Shown here: piece by piece, positions 1 to 11,988 of the stretch | Layout: each line of letters opens with the position of its first letter | How positions within the stretch are numbered: the stretch's first letter is position 1 | Assembly: GCA_002269645.1 (NCBI GenBank) | Contig: NIVC01001310.1 | Coordinates: 62,001-126,000 of the forward strand | Source: Macrostomum lignano | Taxonomy: Eukaryota | Direction: 5' to 3' | DNA: 64,000 bases | Notes under the pieces: model-generated | Databases searched by the model: none | Told to the model about the DNA's origin: nothing | What the model saw: only the letters and a program-made list of their open reading frames with translations | Made by a program: the position numbers and the translations under genes

Positions 1-1505
1 CCGCAGAGCTTTCGGTGCTACCTGAGGCCTCACCCCCGCCGCCTCTGGTGGATTTACACTGCCATTGTTAGACCGGCCATCTCCTTTGCCGGCCTCATTT
101 GGAACAGTGCCCTAGAGGTGAAAGGGGTTCTTGAGGTTTTAAATAGGGTGCAAGGCCACGCTTGTCGAGCTATCATGAGCGCGGCTCCCTCAACGCCCTT
201 CGCTGGCATGAACTCCTTCTTGGACATTCCCCCCCTCGACCTCTTTGTTAGAGGGGAGGCTATGAAAACCACCTGTCGTCTGCTTGACGCGGGTGTCCAA
301 ATCCAGAAGCAGTTTGCCTTCAGAAAGCGGAACCTCCGGCCGCATGGCGACCTCAGCCTGCGAGACCTGGAAGCAGCGAGAGGCCTGCTGACCCTCTCGG
401 ACGGAATCCCGTCCACGCTCTGCCCCCGCTCAAATTCAAAACCAGCATTCCACCACGCCATGAAGCGAGAGACAACTGGAAACCCCATGAAATCCACTGC
501 TTCACTGACGGGTCCCAAATCAACTCCGCCTCTGGCTACGGCTACTGCATCGTGTCTGGAGGGAGAACTGTGGCGACCTTCTCCCAACACACCGGCACCT
601 GCTCCACCGTCTTCCAGAACGAAGTTCTCGCCATCAGCTCCTGCGCCATGGAGCTGTACAATCAGCACGTCTGGGAGAAGGAAATTACCCTCCACTCGGA
701 CAGTCAAGCGGCGATTCACGCCCTTGAGCGCACCACCACCTGCTCGCGTACAGTCCTCGACTGCATCGGGCAGCTCAACCGCTTAGGCGCCTCCAACAAG
801 GTGTCCCTAAGGTGGATCCCCGGGCATTCGGGCCACCCCGGCAACGAGCTGGCCGATCGCCTGGCCAAGGCTGGCTCGACCGGTTCTTTTACTGGTCCCC
901 TGCCCGTGGCCCCCACCCCCACCGCCGTTGTCACCACTCGGATCAACCAGTGGGTGGCTTCTAAGCACAGGGAGAGGTGGGCTAACGCCCCCGACTGCCG
1001 GCAATCCCGCGCGGCTGTCCTGTCCCTCCTCCGCCCTACGCAGGGCCCTGCTTGGACTCAACCGCAGGGACATCAGGGCGGTTACCATGGCCCTCTCGGG
1101 TCATGGCTGCTTTGCCAGGCATCGTTACCTCCAGGAGAAAATCCGCAGTGAGGAATGCCCTTTCTGCCTCTCCGGTGTCGAGAATGCGGAGCACTTCATC
1201 TGTGAATGCCCCGCCTTTACTCAGGACAGGCACACCTACCTCGGCCCAAACCCGGACCTCTCTGACGTTTTCAGGCCCGAGAATCTCTGCCAGCTCGTCC
1301 GCTACCTAAGGGCTACCGGGCGAGCGACAATCCACCTCCTGGACTCTCCGGAGGGGGACCGCGCTGCGGACGCCGGCGCCACCGGAACTCCCTGCGCGAC
1401 ACCGCAGCACTAGCTGCCCGTGGTCGCCAGGGGTTAGCAAAATGGGCGGCAATGCCTCCTTGCTGTTTCCGGACGCACGGAGCCCCCTGCAGCTAAGTAA
1501 AAAAA
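1..1505 (+). mobile_element. 3' end of RNase H-containing non-LTR retrotransposon (R1/LOA/I-group-like): RT thumb/connection, RNase H, C-terminal Cys/His knuckle, short 3' UTR and A-tail
   Basis: Frames join as ...LDIPPLDLFVRGEA... (118-~425), then [10 protein letters not shown] (TTC at 501)...[10 protein letters not shown]...[19 protein letters not shown] (RNase H), then LSGHGCF...CPFC...[11 protein letters not shown] to stop 1413. Two compensating frameshifts lie near 425 and 1020. An A-run follows at 1499-1505. Confidence 0.9.
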
Positions 1506-1773
1506 GTAGCAGTTCATCGACAGACAGCAGTGAGATGAGCAGTACAAGCTCAGCTGAGCAGTGACGCATGCACGACTGTATCCAAGCGTTAACGATGAAA
1601 TTAACTCCGACTTAAGTGTTGCAGGTGAGTTGACGCCGGTTGCTGGACAATACAAACGTTTTTCTATTTCAATGAAATAAGCAAATCGGTTTATGATTGC
1701 AGAGCACTTAATTTTAAGTAACTCTGAAATTCCAGAACATAGCTTTTGTCACATGATTTTTGTGTTTGCTAAA

Positions 1774-1890
1774 GGCTCGTTCACAGCGCCGTCAAAAGTG
1801 GCCGAACAGGATTTTTACATTCATATTTTTATGACCATTCAATTAAACATCACATAATTGCAAATAATTTCATGGCTGCGTGAACGAGCC
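1774..1890. mobile_element. 117-bp MITE-like element (PIF/Harbinger-like ends)
   Basis: Perfect 11-bp inverted ends GGCTCGTTCAC / GTGAACGAGCC, with TAA one base outside each end. Confidence 0.45.
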
Positions 1891-3312
1891 ATAAGAATGC
1901 GATTTCTATGAGGGATGATAATACCTGAATGTGTACTTTGACGTAGGGATTACAATTAGCTTCTCCGAGCGTACCTGTGTATGTAGAAAGTTGAAAATTC
2001 CACTATCAGGAGGTAATTAACTAATTACTAGCCTATTGTAGCTAGCCTACTGACAGTTGGGGAAAAGCGCATCGAAGCGAAATGTGCGGTTTTAAGATTC
2101 AAAAAAGATGCGTCCTCATCAAACTCCTTTAAAATCATACTACTTGCTTTAAAACTTCAGTAACATGTAGCGGGTGAAAAGGCGCTTCATTTTTTTTTGA
2201 TTAATTGCAAAAAGGACGTTTGTCATTTTTTATGACGCAACAAAAATGACACCAGTGCAAAAATGACTTCGTGACAAATTTTGTCGTCATTTTTGGAGAA
2301 GTCTGTCATAAACGTACCTATAGGGTGTCACACAATTTGTACACTATACCATTCTAGCTCGTAGTTGAGTTGGCGGCAGCGCTTGAAGACGCACGCAGCT
2401 ATTAAGTAAACTATTTTTTCGATAGATTTTTGGCCTTATAATATATTAGCCTGATTTTAGAGAAATGGTGCCAAAACAGGATATGATACGAGCTCAAATG
2501 GGCAGATGGATGACGTCGCAGTGTGGTCCCATCTTTGAATATGATCGGATTATTTTTTACGTTCGTAATCGCGCCATTTGTTGAACTCACTAAAATGAAG
2601 AGCAAATGTACGTCCAAGGAGGTCTCCATGCAAGGTTTAGGGCTGTTTTAGCGTCTTTAACATTAGACACCCTTTGAGCTCTTTGAGCTCTTCATGTTCC
2701 AGGTAGAACTACATTTTAGCTTTAATTCAAAGCCGAAATCAGTTTCCCTGAGCTTCATCAAAAAGAGAAAAAGAGAAATATTGAAATTTGCAGGGCCAGC
2801 TGATCATAGTAATTTACTGCTGCATATGCAGACTTGCAACTTTTTGAGTCATAGGAAACTAATACTGAGCGCGTGCTCCCCTTTCAGAGGATTCCAACCA
2901 CCCCTTGGCTCTGATCCAATATGCTCAGATCTTAGAGTAAAAGAGTATCTCCGCCAGCACAGGATTTTTGCAGAAAAGCGTTGGCAATTTTTTGCCCCTA
3001 TGTATATATAGTCTCCCCGATTAGCTATAGGGGTATAGAATCAATCTCCCACGATATGAATTAAGGGCCGCACTGCCGCAGCTGCCGCCTTCTCAGCTCG
3101 AGGCGGCTCTAGGATACGTGAGCAAAAGACTCATGCTCATACATCTAGCCTGCAAGCGTAATCCCATAACTCTCAATCTCAACTGTGCAGCAACTCAATG
3201 CTTACATATTGTTGCACTGCTGATAGCTATGCTAGTTTACTCTGGGAAGATTTTAGTGCATGTTTGCATCAATGAGATATATGATTGGATTGTGAACTGT
3301 GTACCTAAACAG

Positions 3313-3600
3313 AGGGGCGTCGCCATGGATATTGTGGTGGTGTGGGGGGGGGCAAAGCCAAGAATTCTACATGACCCATTTATATAACTATAGAATTCCT
3401 ACATATACATTATTTTGAGAATCTGTGTTGTCAGCGCTCGTTTTGACGCCGCAGGCACTCATTTTAGGCACCTGAAGCAAAATTATTGATTTCCATCATG
3501 GGTTACTAGGTGGGGTGGAGGGGGGGAAGCATTGGCATGTCCCCCCCATATCTTTAACTGGGGGGACATGTCCCCCGTGTTTTTTGGTGGCGACGCCCCT
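3313..3600. mobile_element. MITE-like element with 13-bp terminal inverted repeats
   Basis: AGGGGCGTCGCCA (3313) and TGGCGACGCCCCT (ends 3600), with internal G/C-run inverted motifs. No clear TSD. Confidence 0.45.
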
Positions 3601-4344
3601 TTACTATCGTAAAGAAAGAACTACATTTTCGAAGTCCCTATACCCATATTCCGTTTGAAATCATTCTAGCTAATGTAACAGTGGATTACCCTATATTATT
3701 TTCGACCTGAGAATAGCTCCATGCTTGTTGCTTTGAGAGAGCCATCAATCACAGTCAGCATGAGTTAATAAAAATACATGTATATAGAGAACGCTGCAGC
3801 ATCAATTAGGAGCGAATGCATTCACTTATCTCTTATATAATAGAGCGACATATGATAAACTACAGTGTATCTTAGCATATACATAAAGCTTACAGAAGCA
3901 CGCCAAGAATAGCTAGCAACCCAGGATCAAACGGACAGTATTTGAATTCCATGGCGCGATTGTCTTCCGCTGCTCCGGTTTCTAAATGGCCTGCTCACGA
4001 GATCATGCAAATGAGAGTCTCTGCTAGAACCCAGCCTTGAATGGGGACCCAGAGGAAGATGGCAACTATAACTATGCCTATGAAACTGGAAGTCCCCATC
4101 AAGCATCATGTCCCTGAGGGCAGTCCAGCCGCCTTTATCTAGGCTAGAGCTGCGGCTCAGCCATTCATTCTTAGCGACGACTGCCCCGCGGAAATTGGAG
4201 AAGGGATCGAGCGCCGCTGCATGGCTTGCGCATCCCCATCCCTTTAGCTGCGCGGCTAAACGAGTTCTTGAACGGCTAATCCCTTTTCTTTTCGCGAGGC
4301 CGCGCGAGCTTGTCCGGGAGTGCCTGCTGCTGGACGGGGATTGG

Positions 4345-5025
4345 ATGGGCCAAGTCCCTGTCGGGTAAGACAGATATGCTTTGCTCTTCTAAGACAGTAG
4401 AAGTATGAGAAAATCGGACGGCCCCGATCGGAGTGCGACGGCCAGCATCGAGAAAATCCCAAAGCCCAGCAAACCAAATTAGGTCACAAAACAGATCGGC
4501 AACAGATCCGATACTAAAATGCTGATATGGCCAATTCACGTTGCTATTGCTCTACTGTTCATCGCACTGCTTCTGGGTTCCTTCATCTGCTATCATTGCA
4601 AGCGACGGCGTAGCCGTTGCGAACGCGGCGGACTAACCATGGCAAGAAGTTACCAGCAGCACCAGCATCACAAAAACCAGTTGCATCATCATCATCAGCA
4701 TCATCATCATCAACGGGCGCACATTCAACACCAGCAGTGCCCGCAGCAGCGGCATATTGGGGGTTTCTTACAGCACGAACGGGACTGGGGCGAGGCCGCC
4801 TTCGGCAGCGGCAGTTTCGGCGGAGGTGGCGGCGTTGGCAGCTCAGGCGCACCGGCAAGACCGGGACGCGCCCACCGTGCGCTCAGTCAAGGCCCGGCCG
4901 GTTTCAATGTAATCTTCAGCGGAGGTGCGCGCGGTCTCGGCGGAGGAGGAGGCAGCGCTAGCGGCAGCGGCGGCGGCAGCAGCGGGATTCCAGGAGGGGT
5001 TGGCGGATTACACTTGGACCGTTGA
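4345..5025 (+). CDS. Small single-pass membrane protein with His/Gln-rich and Gly-rich cytoplasmic tail; unknown function
   Basis: ORF 4519-5025 has a hydrophobic helix LIWPIHVAIALLFIALLLGSFICY followed by a basic stop-transfer HCKRRRSR. Donor GG|GTAAG (exon end 4364) and acceptor AACAG|A (4506) are phase-compatible and add MGQVPVGSDTK (ATG 4345), or the longer 4108 ORF. Confidence 0.5.
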
Positions 5026-6361
5026 TTTCGTTAAGTTATACTTCCGGTATATTACTCGTAGTTAATAGTAGAAATCGATGAAATTTCAGTTTTGTTTTAA
5101 TTTGCAATTTCAGTGAATTCGATGTCGTGTTTACTGGGACCATTTTGTGCAGTTTTGAATTCAAGCCATCAGAAACTTCAAGCTTTCATGAGCAAAGAGA
5201 GTTTTATTAGTTCATGATAATCGCTTTGAAATTTGTAAAGCGCCAACTGATACGAGTATGTAACATTGCCATTTTCTTAATCCAAACCCCAAGACGCATT
5301 CGGATTCAGGAAAGTCTGTCTGATGATCATAATTCTCTACCATTGGCTTTGTGCTCTGAGGCTTAAGATATCTAAAAAGTCAGTTTGAGCCTCCGAGAGT
5401 GTTCGGTTTGAAGTTTTCATGGAACCATGATTTTGAAATAAATTTGCCACTATATTCTTTCGGATGATTAATAGATAAGTTTTGTACAGATGAATCACAA
5501 ATATCAGAAGCAAAAAGTCTTCATTTGTCGCAATTTATTGCCTGAAAAAGAAGCAAGCAGCGCCCTCAGAAGCTTTAGAAGCACTGCATATGAACAAACT
5601 AAATTCGAATTTGTTGCTAAAGCAAGTCTAACGGGCAACTGCTAGCATTACTGCATCAGATCCCGCCGGTTTAGGTAACCAGTTTTGGCTGCGGGCCCGG
5701 CCAGTAGCCGCCCATGCATGCCCGTCTCACATGACAGGCCGCAAAAATCTGACATGGCAAACCAGCCAAAAGTTGAAGCTCGAACTGGCCTGATAATTCT
5801 ATAGGATGTTCTATTGGATGCTTTGTTGTCTCTCTGCCCGGCACAGAAGTTTGGGTTTAATTGATGAGGCACGGGAGTTGCCAGGGTAGCCGGAGGCTGT
5901 GTATCTAATCTTGCACCGAGAGGGGAGGCACTTACCCCCCCCCCTTCACGTGCAAGCTGCTGCTTCAGAGTTGCAGTTTAGCAAAGTGCGTTCATCCCTT
6001 GGCTTTATAATATTGTATAGAAAGATTGCGTCTACTTCTTGTGCTTCATTGCTACATGGCGATATGCGATGTAAAAACTGGGAAGAAAATGCTCCATTAT
6101 TTAGGGAAAACACAAGAGAAAATCCAACTAATCCCAATTCTTAAAACTGTTGCGATTGACGGGTTTTATACTGTGTTGAAAAAAAAACAGTGGACGATAA
6201 CGAGAGCATGCACCACAAGGCGCAAGTGACGGCGACACTTCTTTGACGTAAGGACACTTTTGATGACGACTTCTTAATCTATCAGAAGTGCTTCTGCAAA
6301 CTGCACTATTAGTTTGTTAGAAAATGTGGTAAAATAAGCTGGAAGCGCTTTTAGAGATAGA

Positions 6362-6720
6362 GGGGGCGTAGCCTAGTGGTCTGGCTCGGTTCTCTGACGT
6401 GCCAGCGGCCCAGGCTCGATTCCCAGTGCAGTTAGTCACATTAATTTGGGTCTGAACTGGAATCTTGGCTTGGGTCTGGTTGTGCAATTAACGGCCTGAG
6501 GGCCAACCCCCAAGGCACAGTGAAGTGTACATGTTGCGGGCATGGTAATGTGCGACCGGTTGTAGAGGCAGGGTCTGTGTGCACCCTGGCGCACTTTAAG
6601 CGACATTGTCACACATCCATCGAGAGGCATTGCTGCCCATTCCGCCGACTCCCCTGAGCAGACACACAAGCGCGCGGATACGTACGCAGTCATACGCACA
6701 GGCACACACTCACACAGGAG
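6362..6720 (+). mobile_element. tRNA-derived SINE (tRNA-Glu-like head)
   Basis: GGGGCGTAGCCTAGTGG (A-box-like)...CGGCCCAGGCTCGATTCCC (B-box-like), followed by a non-tRNA body and a CA-rich tail. Confidence 0.65.
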
Positions 6721-6724
6721 TGTA

Positions 6725-6916
6725 CAGCGGCCCTAACTTTATTTATCGTTAGGCATGTACACTTCACTACTGGGGGTTGGGCCTCAGTGGCGTTAATTGC
6801 ACAAGCAGAGCCAAGCCGCGATTCCAATTTATCCCCGAATTAATGTGACCACTTGAAATCGCGCCTGGGCCGCTGGCACGTCAGAGAACCGAGCCAGACC
6901 ACTAGGCTACGGCCCC
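6725..6916 (-). mobile_element. Second tRNA-derived SINE of the same family, inverted
   Basis: The reverse complement begins GGGGCCGTAGCCTAGTGGTCTGGCTCGGTTCTCTGACGTGCCAGCGGCCCAGGC, near-identical to 6362 onward, with patchier similarity for about 100 nt more. Confidence 0.65.
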
Positions 6917-8065
6917 ATTACCCTAATGTAGCGTCCTGCCCTTTCGTGTGCGCAACCCCGATAAAAATTTTGTTTGGCCAACTGGGGACAAACCGCGGTG
7001 GTCTCTACTGGTATTTTTTCGCCACGTTCTGTCGCAAACCAATGGCTTGTTAATTAAGAGGTTCTCATTCTACTTGCTACGAGATCATCGTAAATCCTAA
7101 ATCATCATGGGACCGGTTTGCTACTGTGTATGCTGCAGGGCGGCTCTGCTTCTCTGCTTCTTCTAAAGGCGGGCGTGGGACGGAAGCTACTAAGTACGGA
7201 TACATGTAAGTAGAAGCATAAACACATCAGTAAGCATTAATAATTCAATATTATTTAAAAACTTTGAAATTCTTGCAACTACTAAAGTAGCAGAACACTT
7301 TACATGTATTTAGCTAGGTAGAGATTCTCAAATTTAGTTTTTCTTTTATACAATCACTGTCAATAAATATAACTGATAGGTGGTGTTGAAATTGAAATTA
7401 ATCGGACAGCTTGATAGCAAGATATAAATTTTTAATCTGAAAGGTTAGAAAAATAAATAAACTCTAAGATTTAACAATGTGAACAAATCTATAAGTTTGA
7501 TAGAACAATGTAACTACACACAGACACAGGTAGGTGTATCAAGTATTACATGTATACAACCGTCACATACTCGTATTTAGTTTAATTACGAGTATAGTCA
7601 ATTTAAAGTATAACTAACTATTCAAAGTAGTATATTATTCAATCAAGCATACTGTCGATAAAGTTATGATGCGTGTTTGCAAGTAAACTGCAAGGACTAC
7701 TTGAGTAGAAGGATGGGAGAGTACGTTTTATGGAAATCTTTAGGAGGAAGTTTTTTTACGAGTAACCAAAAAACAGCACATTACCACACACGGAGAATGG
7801 AGATTTTAATTTTTTTCAGAACAGAAAAATTGTTATTGCTTTTGATAGAAAGCAGACCCAGTGTTCATCTTCTGATATGTCTCGCCTTCCTTATAGCTTT
7901 ATTGATATTCATTTTTTGTTTAGAAAATTCGGATCATATATTAATCTCAAATCCTACGTACAAGTCCTGAGCCTGAAAATACTAGAAATGATACAGCTCC
8001 TTGGTTTTATGCATGTATTATATATCATTCTTAGCTGACTTTTGTAACAAAATGTGCAATAAATT

Positions 8066-10092
8066 TCATTGATCTAACACTATCCGTCCTTCCAATCCAA
8101 TTGAGTCTGTTTTCACAACCCAAAGCTCTTCATCCTTGGCTTCGAATTCAGCTCTCCGCTGTTCTTTGGACTTCTTCCAGCGCCGGCAAAACAGCTGTCT
8201 GCAGCCGATCTCAAGTACGAACAGGGTGTAAAGACGGTTGCTGAGAATTAAATAACGCATGTTCTTCTTGGACGTAGTCACCGACTCAGATAGCAATGCG
8301 ACTAGGAAGTTGAAACTAACCAAGACCACAATGAGATGCACGATGGCGAGAACGATGCCCAGTCGGTGCTGCGAGGCCTCGGAGAAAGACAGCGAGTTGA
8401 TTGCTCGGTAGAAGCCCAGCGCCAGGCCCAGGGGCCCAAGCCGGTCTGGGAACACCGGGTCGCAGGGTATAATTAGTGCCACCAACCAAGAGCAAATAAG
8501 AACAATGGCTGCCACCGCGAATGTAAAGGTAAAGATGCTGCCGATGCAGCACCAGATCACCATGAGCGGGTCAATAAGCATCAGCCAATCGAATATGAGT
8601 CCGATTCCGCAGAAGCCATACAGCACGCATATGAACATATCTAGAAATCGAACTTCCAACTCCCAGCTCGATAGGAAGCTGGACGGATCGATAGCTTCAT
8701 TAAGTCGCTGCTTGAGAACTAGATTCAACGGTATCGATATAAGCGTAACGAAAACGGCCACGTGCGGAAGAAGGATGACAGCTATGCACCTGAAGTGTCT
8801 CAATAGGGCCACCAGATGCGACATGTCTGAAACAGCAAAAATAACAACTCTGAAAATGAACAGCTCTTGAACAGATCGTAGCCAGTTCATCGGGTTCTGA
8901 CACAGTTGAATCACAATTTGCATCATTAGAACTTAACTAGAAACAAAAGTGCTTGATTTTCCATGTGCAAGAGGATATCTTTATGAAATAGTATAATGAT
9001 CCTCAACCCAAGCAGCTCTAGCATCTCACCTGGAATTTTGGTAACGCGAATGTAGGCGTGGAAAAAAGCAATAACGGAGCAGAATTCGGCAAAATAAGCA
9101 GCCAACACAAGCCAACCCAAAACGCGACCAATCTGGCTGTCTAGAAAGCCACGCAGCGATGTTTGCAAATAGTATCCACTGCAGCTGGTCGTCCCGTTCT
9201 CAGTCTTCGGTTTGTGAACTTTCCCAGTTAGATCGATGTAGAAATCCGCGTAAACCATTATCAAAACCAGCGCTTTAACAATGGTGCCAAGGAAGGCTTT
9301 AACAAGGAATAGGCGCTGTCGTTTTTGAAGCAGCCTCTTGGACCAGTGAGATATTATCTGGGAGTCCCAGAAAGCTCGCATAGGATCTGTTAGATTGTAA
9401 ATAGAGTCAAGCGACAGCGTATTGAGCGGATGCTTAGCAGTTCTTTGTCCCTCTGGCAGTGAGTAATCACTCAGATCCAATCGGAGCATCTGCGTTGCAG
9501 CAACTGTTCTCGACTCGACTCGATAGATTGGCGAGTTGTGTACAATCCACGATGCGATGCAATACTTCCGAGCGGTAACAGCCTCCTCTAGAGCGTTTCG
9601 TCCAGTGGAGAGATTATCAACCCTGAGGCACCAGTCAGTCAGAGCTGGAAGCGTTTGCAACATGGTCTGCAGAAAGGTCACTGCAGCCGTCTCTGCAAGT
9701 TGGCAATCGTCGCTGTCAACTTCAGACACTTCGGAAAGTTGCAATTTCGTCAACAGGCAGTGAACGGGTAGCGGTATTGTTTTGGCCATAGACAGTTGAC
9801 CAAGCAGCTTCAAAACAGTCGCCTCGTCAGTAAGCAGGTGTCGCAGACATTTGACGGACATGGCGCAAAATGCTGTTTCCAATAGGGTGCAGTGCTCGGA
9901 TAGAAACCGTAGCTGCGGTGCCTTGGGACTTTCCAATGGACATGTCCAGGGTAGTGGCATCAGCAAGAGCTCCTCATGGCTACTAAACAGTTCAGAACGG
10001 TTGCCAAGTTGTAGTAAGCACAACAGATCAACATCATCATCTGCTAGAAGAATACTGATTAGACGTTGTTTAAATTGCTCTTCACTTTCCAT
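8066..10092 (-). CDS. Divergent TRP-family (TRPV/TRPA-like) cation channel; exons 10092-9030 and 8931-8066 (~642 aa)
   Basis: Cytosolic N-terminus with degenerate ankyrin-like segments and about 6 hydrophobic helices. S6/TRP-like VHLIVVLVSFNFLVALLSES...SNRLYTLFVLE. A 98-bp GT-AG intron (9029-8932, donor GTGAG) joins the two track ORFs in frame (total 1929 nt). Confidence 0.65.
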
Positions 10093-11655
10093 GAAACAAG
10101 TTCTGGCTCGTATTACAGAATATAATGCAGACAAAATAATTCTGGCTAATATAGCTAGCACTGAGTTTTCCAACACAAAATAGAGGCTAGAAGAACTTGG
10201 AGTTACATTTCTGTGACAGGGCAGCTAGGGTTCATAAAGGAGCAATACGCGTGTTGTCCCACTTCATTCGCAAACATTTAGCTATACCCCATTGTGCAAA
10301 TAGTACTTCATCAAACAACGGACAGATTTGCGTTGGTTACCAGTTAGACTGCTCTGCCTATGCTGCTGTGACGTGATCATACAGAAATTAAGAGTGAATC
10401 AATTGCACCGCTTATTTATATAGGATCGAGAGAGCCTCATGTCCGTCCGCATGAATATAAAGTCAAAAAGCTTACTGTGGGAGCAGGAAAGAGGACGACG
10501 AGTGCTCGCTTCAGAGGGAAGGGTGAACTCTGTTTGTTTCATTGACCTGCTGGTCCTTGCGACCCCATGTGTTCACCTTGAGTGCCTACCGGGAGTGTGG
10601 CAGGAGTGCAAATATTGGCCGATGAAAGAAGCGGCAGGAACGATTTTGGGTTTGTTGGGTTTGAAAATTTTAGGTTGAACTCAATGTACGTTGTCACAGC
10701 TCTTGTCGTCTCTAATTTAATCTACGAGCTAAATATATATATATCTCGCGTTATCATTATCCATATTTGTCTGCAGATACCTTTAATTAGACGAACTTTT
10801 TCCGCCTTTCTGTTGAATTTCAAATTACATGTAAGAGTTACGAGTTGCGTTGAGACGAAGCCTTATGGCTCGCTTCTGCCCCGAGCAGCCCCTATCACAC
10901 CCTGTACGACCTAGTTAGCATAGCGTATATGAATCTAGAATACTAACTGTATGAAAGTGAAGCCTATTTAGGAGTGTACATACCCCGAGCCGAGTGAAGA
11001 ATCTTTCATTTCTTTTCCCCAAGCGAATATGGGTTTCAATAAGTTTTGTTTTAAGAAAAAATCATTGAATTTATTTAATTACTGAAAGAAATAATAATGC
11101 TTTTTTGCAGCCCATTTGGGCGTACGTACATTGGATTTACTTCAAAATACATGTAACGTTTGCCAATGCAACGGAGCTTCTGCCTATTGGTAGCAAGGCA
11201 TCAATTTGGTCCATAGCTTATACTTCAACTGCTGCGGAGAAGCAAGATCAGCCCCAGAATTGTGGACCATATGCTAGGCGCGCTGTCGAACGAATGCCAT
11301 TGGCCATGGCATCAAAGTGCTCGACAGAGGTGAACACCAAAAGGTTACATACAGCGCTTTGAAACCACTGCCGGCAGAGATCGCCTTTGAAGAGGTGGCA
11401 ATCGCCAAGGCAAATTGCTCGAGAGCCTCCAGGTCCAACTGCCACTCGATGCTATTGATGATATTGCAGAAGAAACATCAGAGAAGTTAAAAGAACAGTT
11501 CCAGTTGGTTATCAGATTTCAACTATCAACAGAGATCTGGAAAAGCGACTGAAAATGGTTGGTATCGAATAGAAACGCAGACATTCCAACGGTACGCAAC
11601 AACCTGCAGACGATTTCGAGAAGGCAAGAGTTTGCCAAATGGCTCACGAGCGTTT

Positions 11656-11880
11656 GGACCAAATTGATGCTTGCTGGACCAAATTGATACTTGCTGGACC
11701 AAATTGATGCTTGTTGGACCAAATTGATGCTTGCTGGACCAAATTGATGCTTGCTGGACCAAATTGATGCTTGCTGGACCAAATTGATGCTTGCTGGACC
11801 AAATTGACGCTTGTTGGACCAAATTGATGCTTGTTGGACCAAATTGATGCTTGCTGGACCAAATTGATGCTTGCTGGACT
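11656..11880. repeat. 20-bp minisatellite (GGACCAAATTGATGCTTGCT)n
   Basis: About 11 direct copies visible. Confidence 0.95.
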
Positions 11881-11988
11881 AAACTATCTCATAAATGCCG
11901 CTGTGTCAGCCTTGCTACCATAGACAAAAGCTGCATTACATTGGCAAGCGTACATGTATCTTGGATTAAATTCAATGCGCGTAAGCAG

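Noticed and set aside
6362-6435. Functional tRNA gene
   Set aside because: No complete cloverleaf or acceptor stem, an imperfect B box, and homology to the second copy continues into a non-tRNA body, which indicates a SINE.
8924-8928. TAATG stop/start overlap between the two TRP ORFs, suggesting termination-reinitiation
   Set aside because: A 98-bp GT-AG intron (9029-8932) joins the ORFs in frame, so the overlap is incidental.
11105-11650. Coding-like plus-strand stretch before the 20-bp repeat
   Set aside because: Stops in all frames and no recognisable motif; cannot be supported beyond a possible decayed pseudogene.
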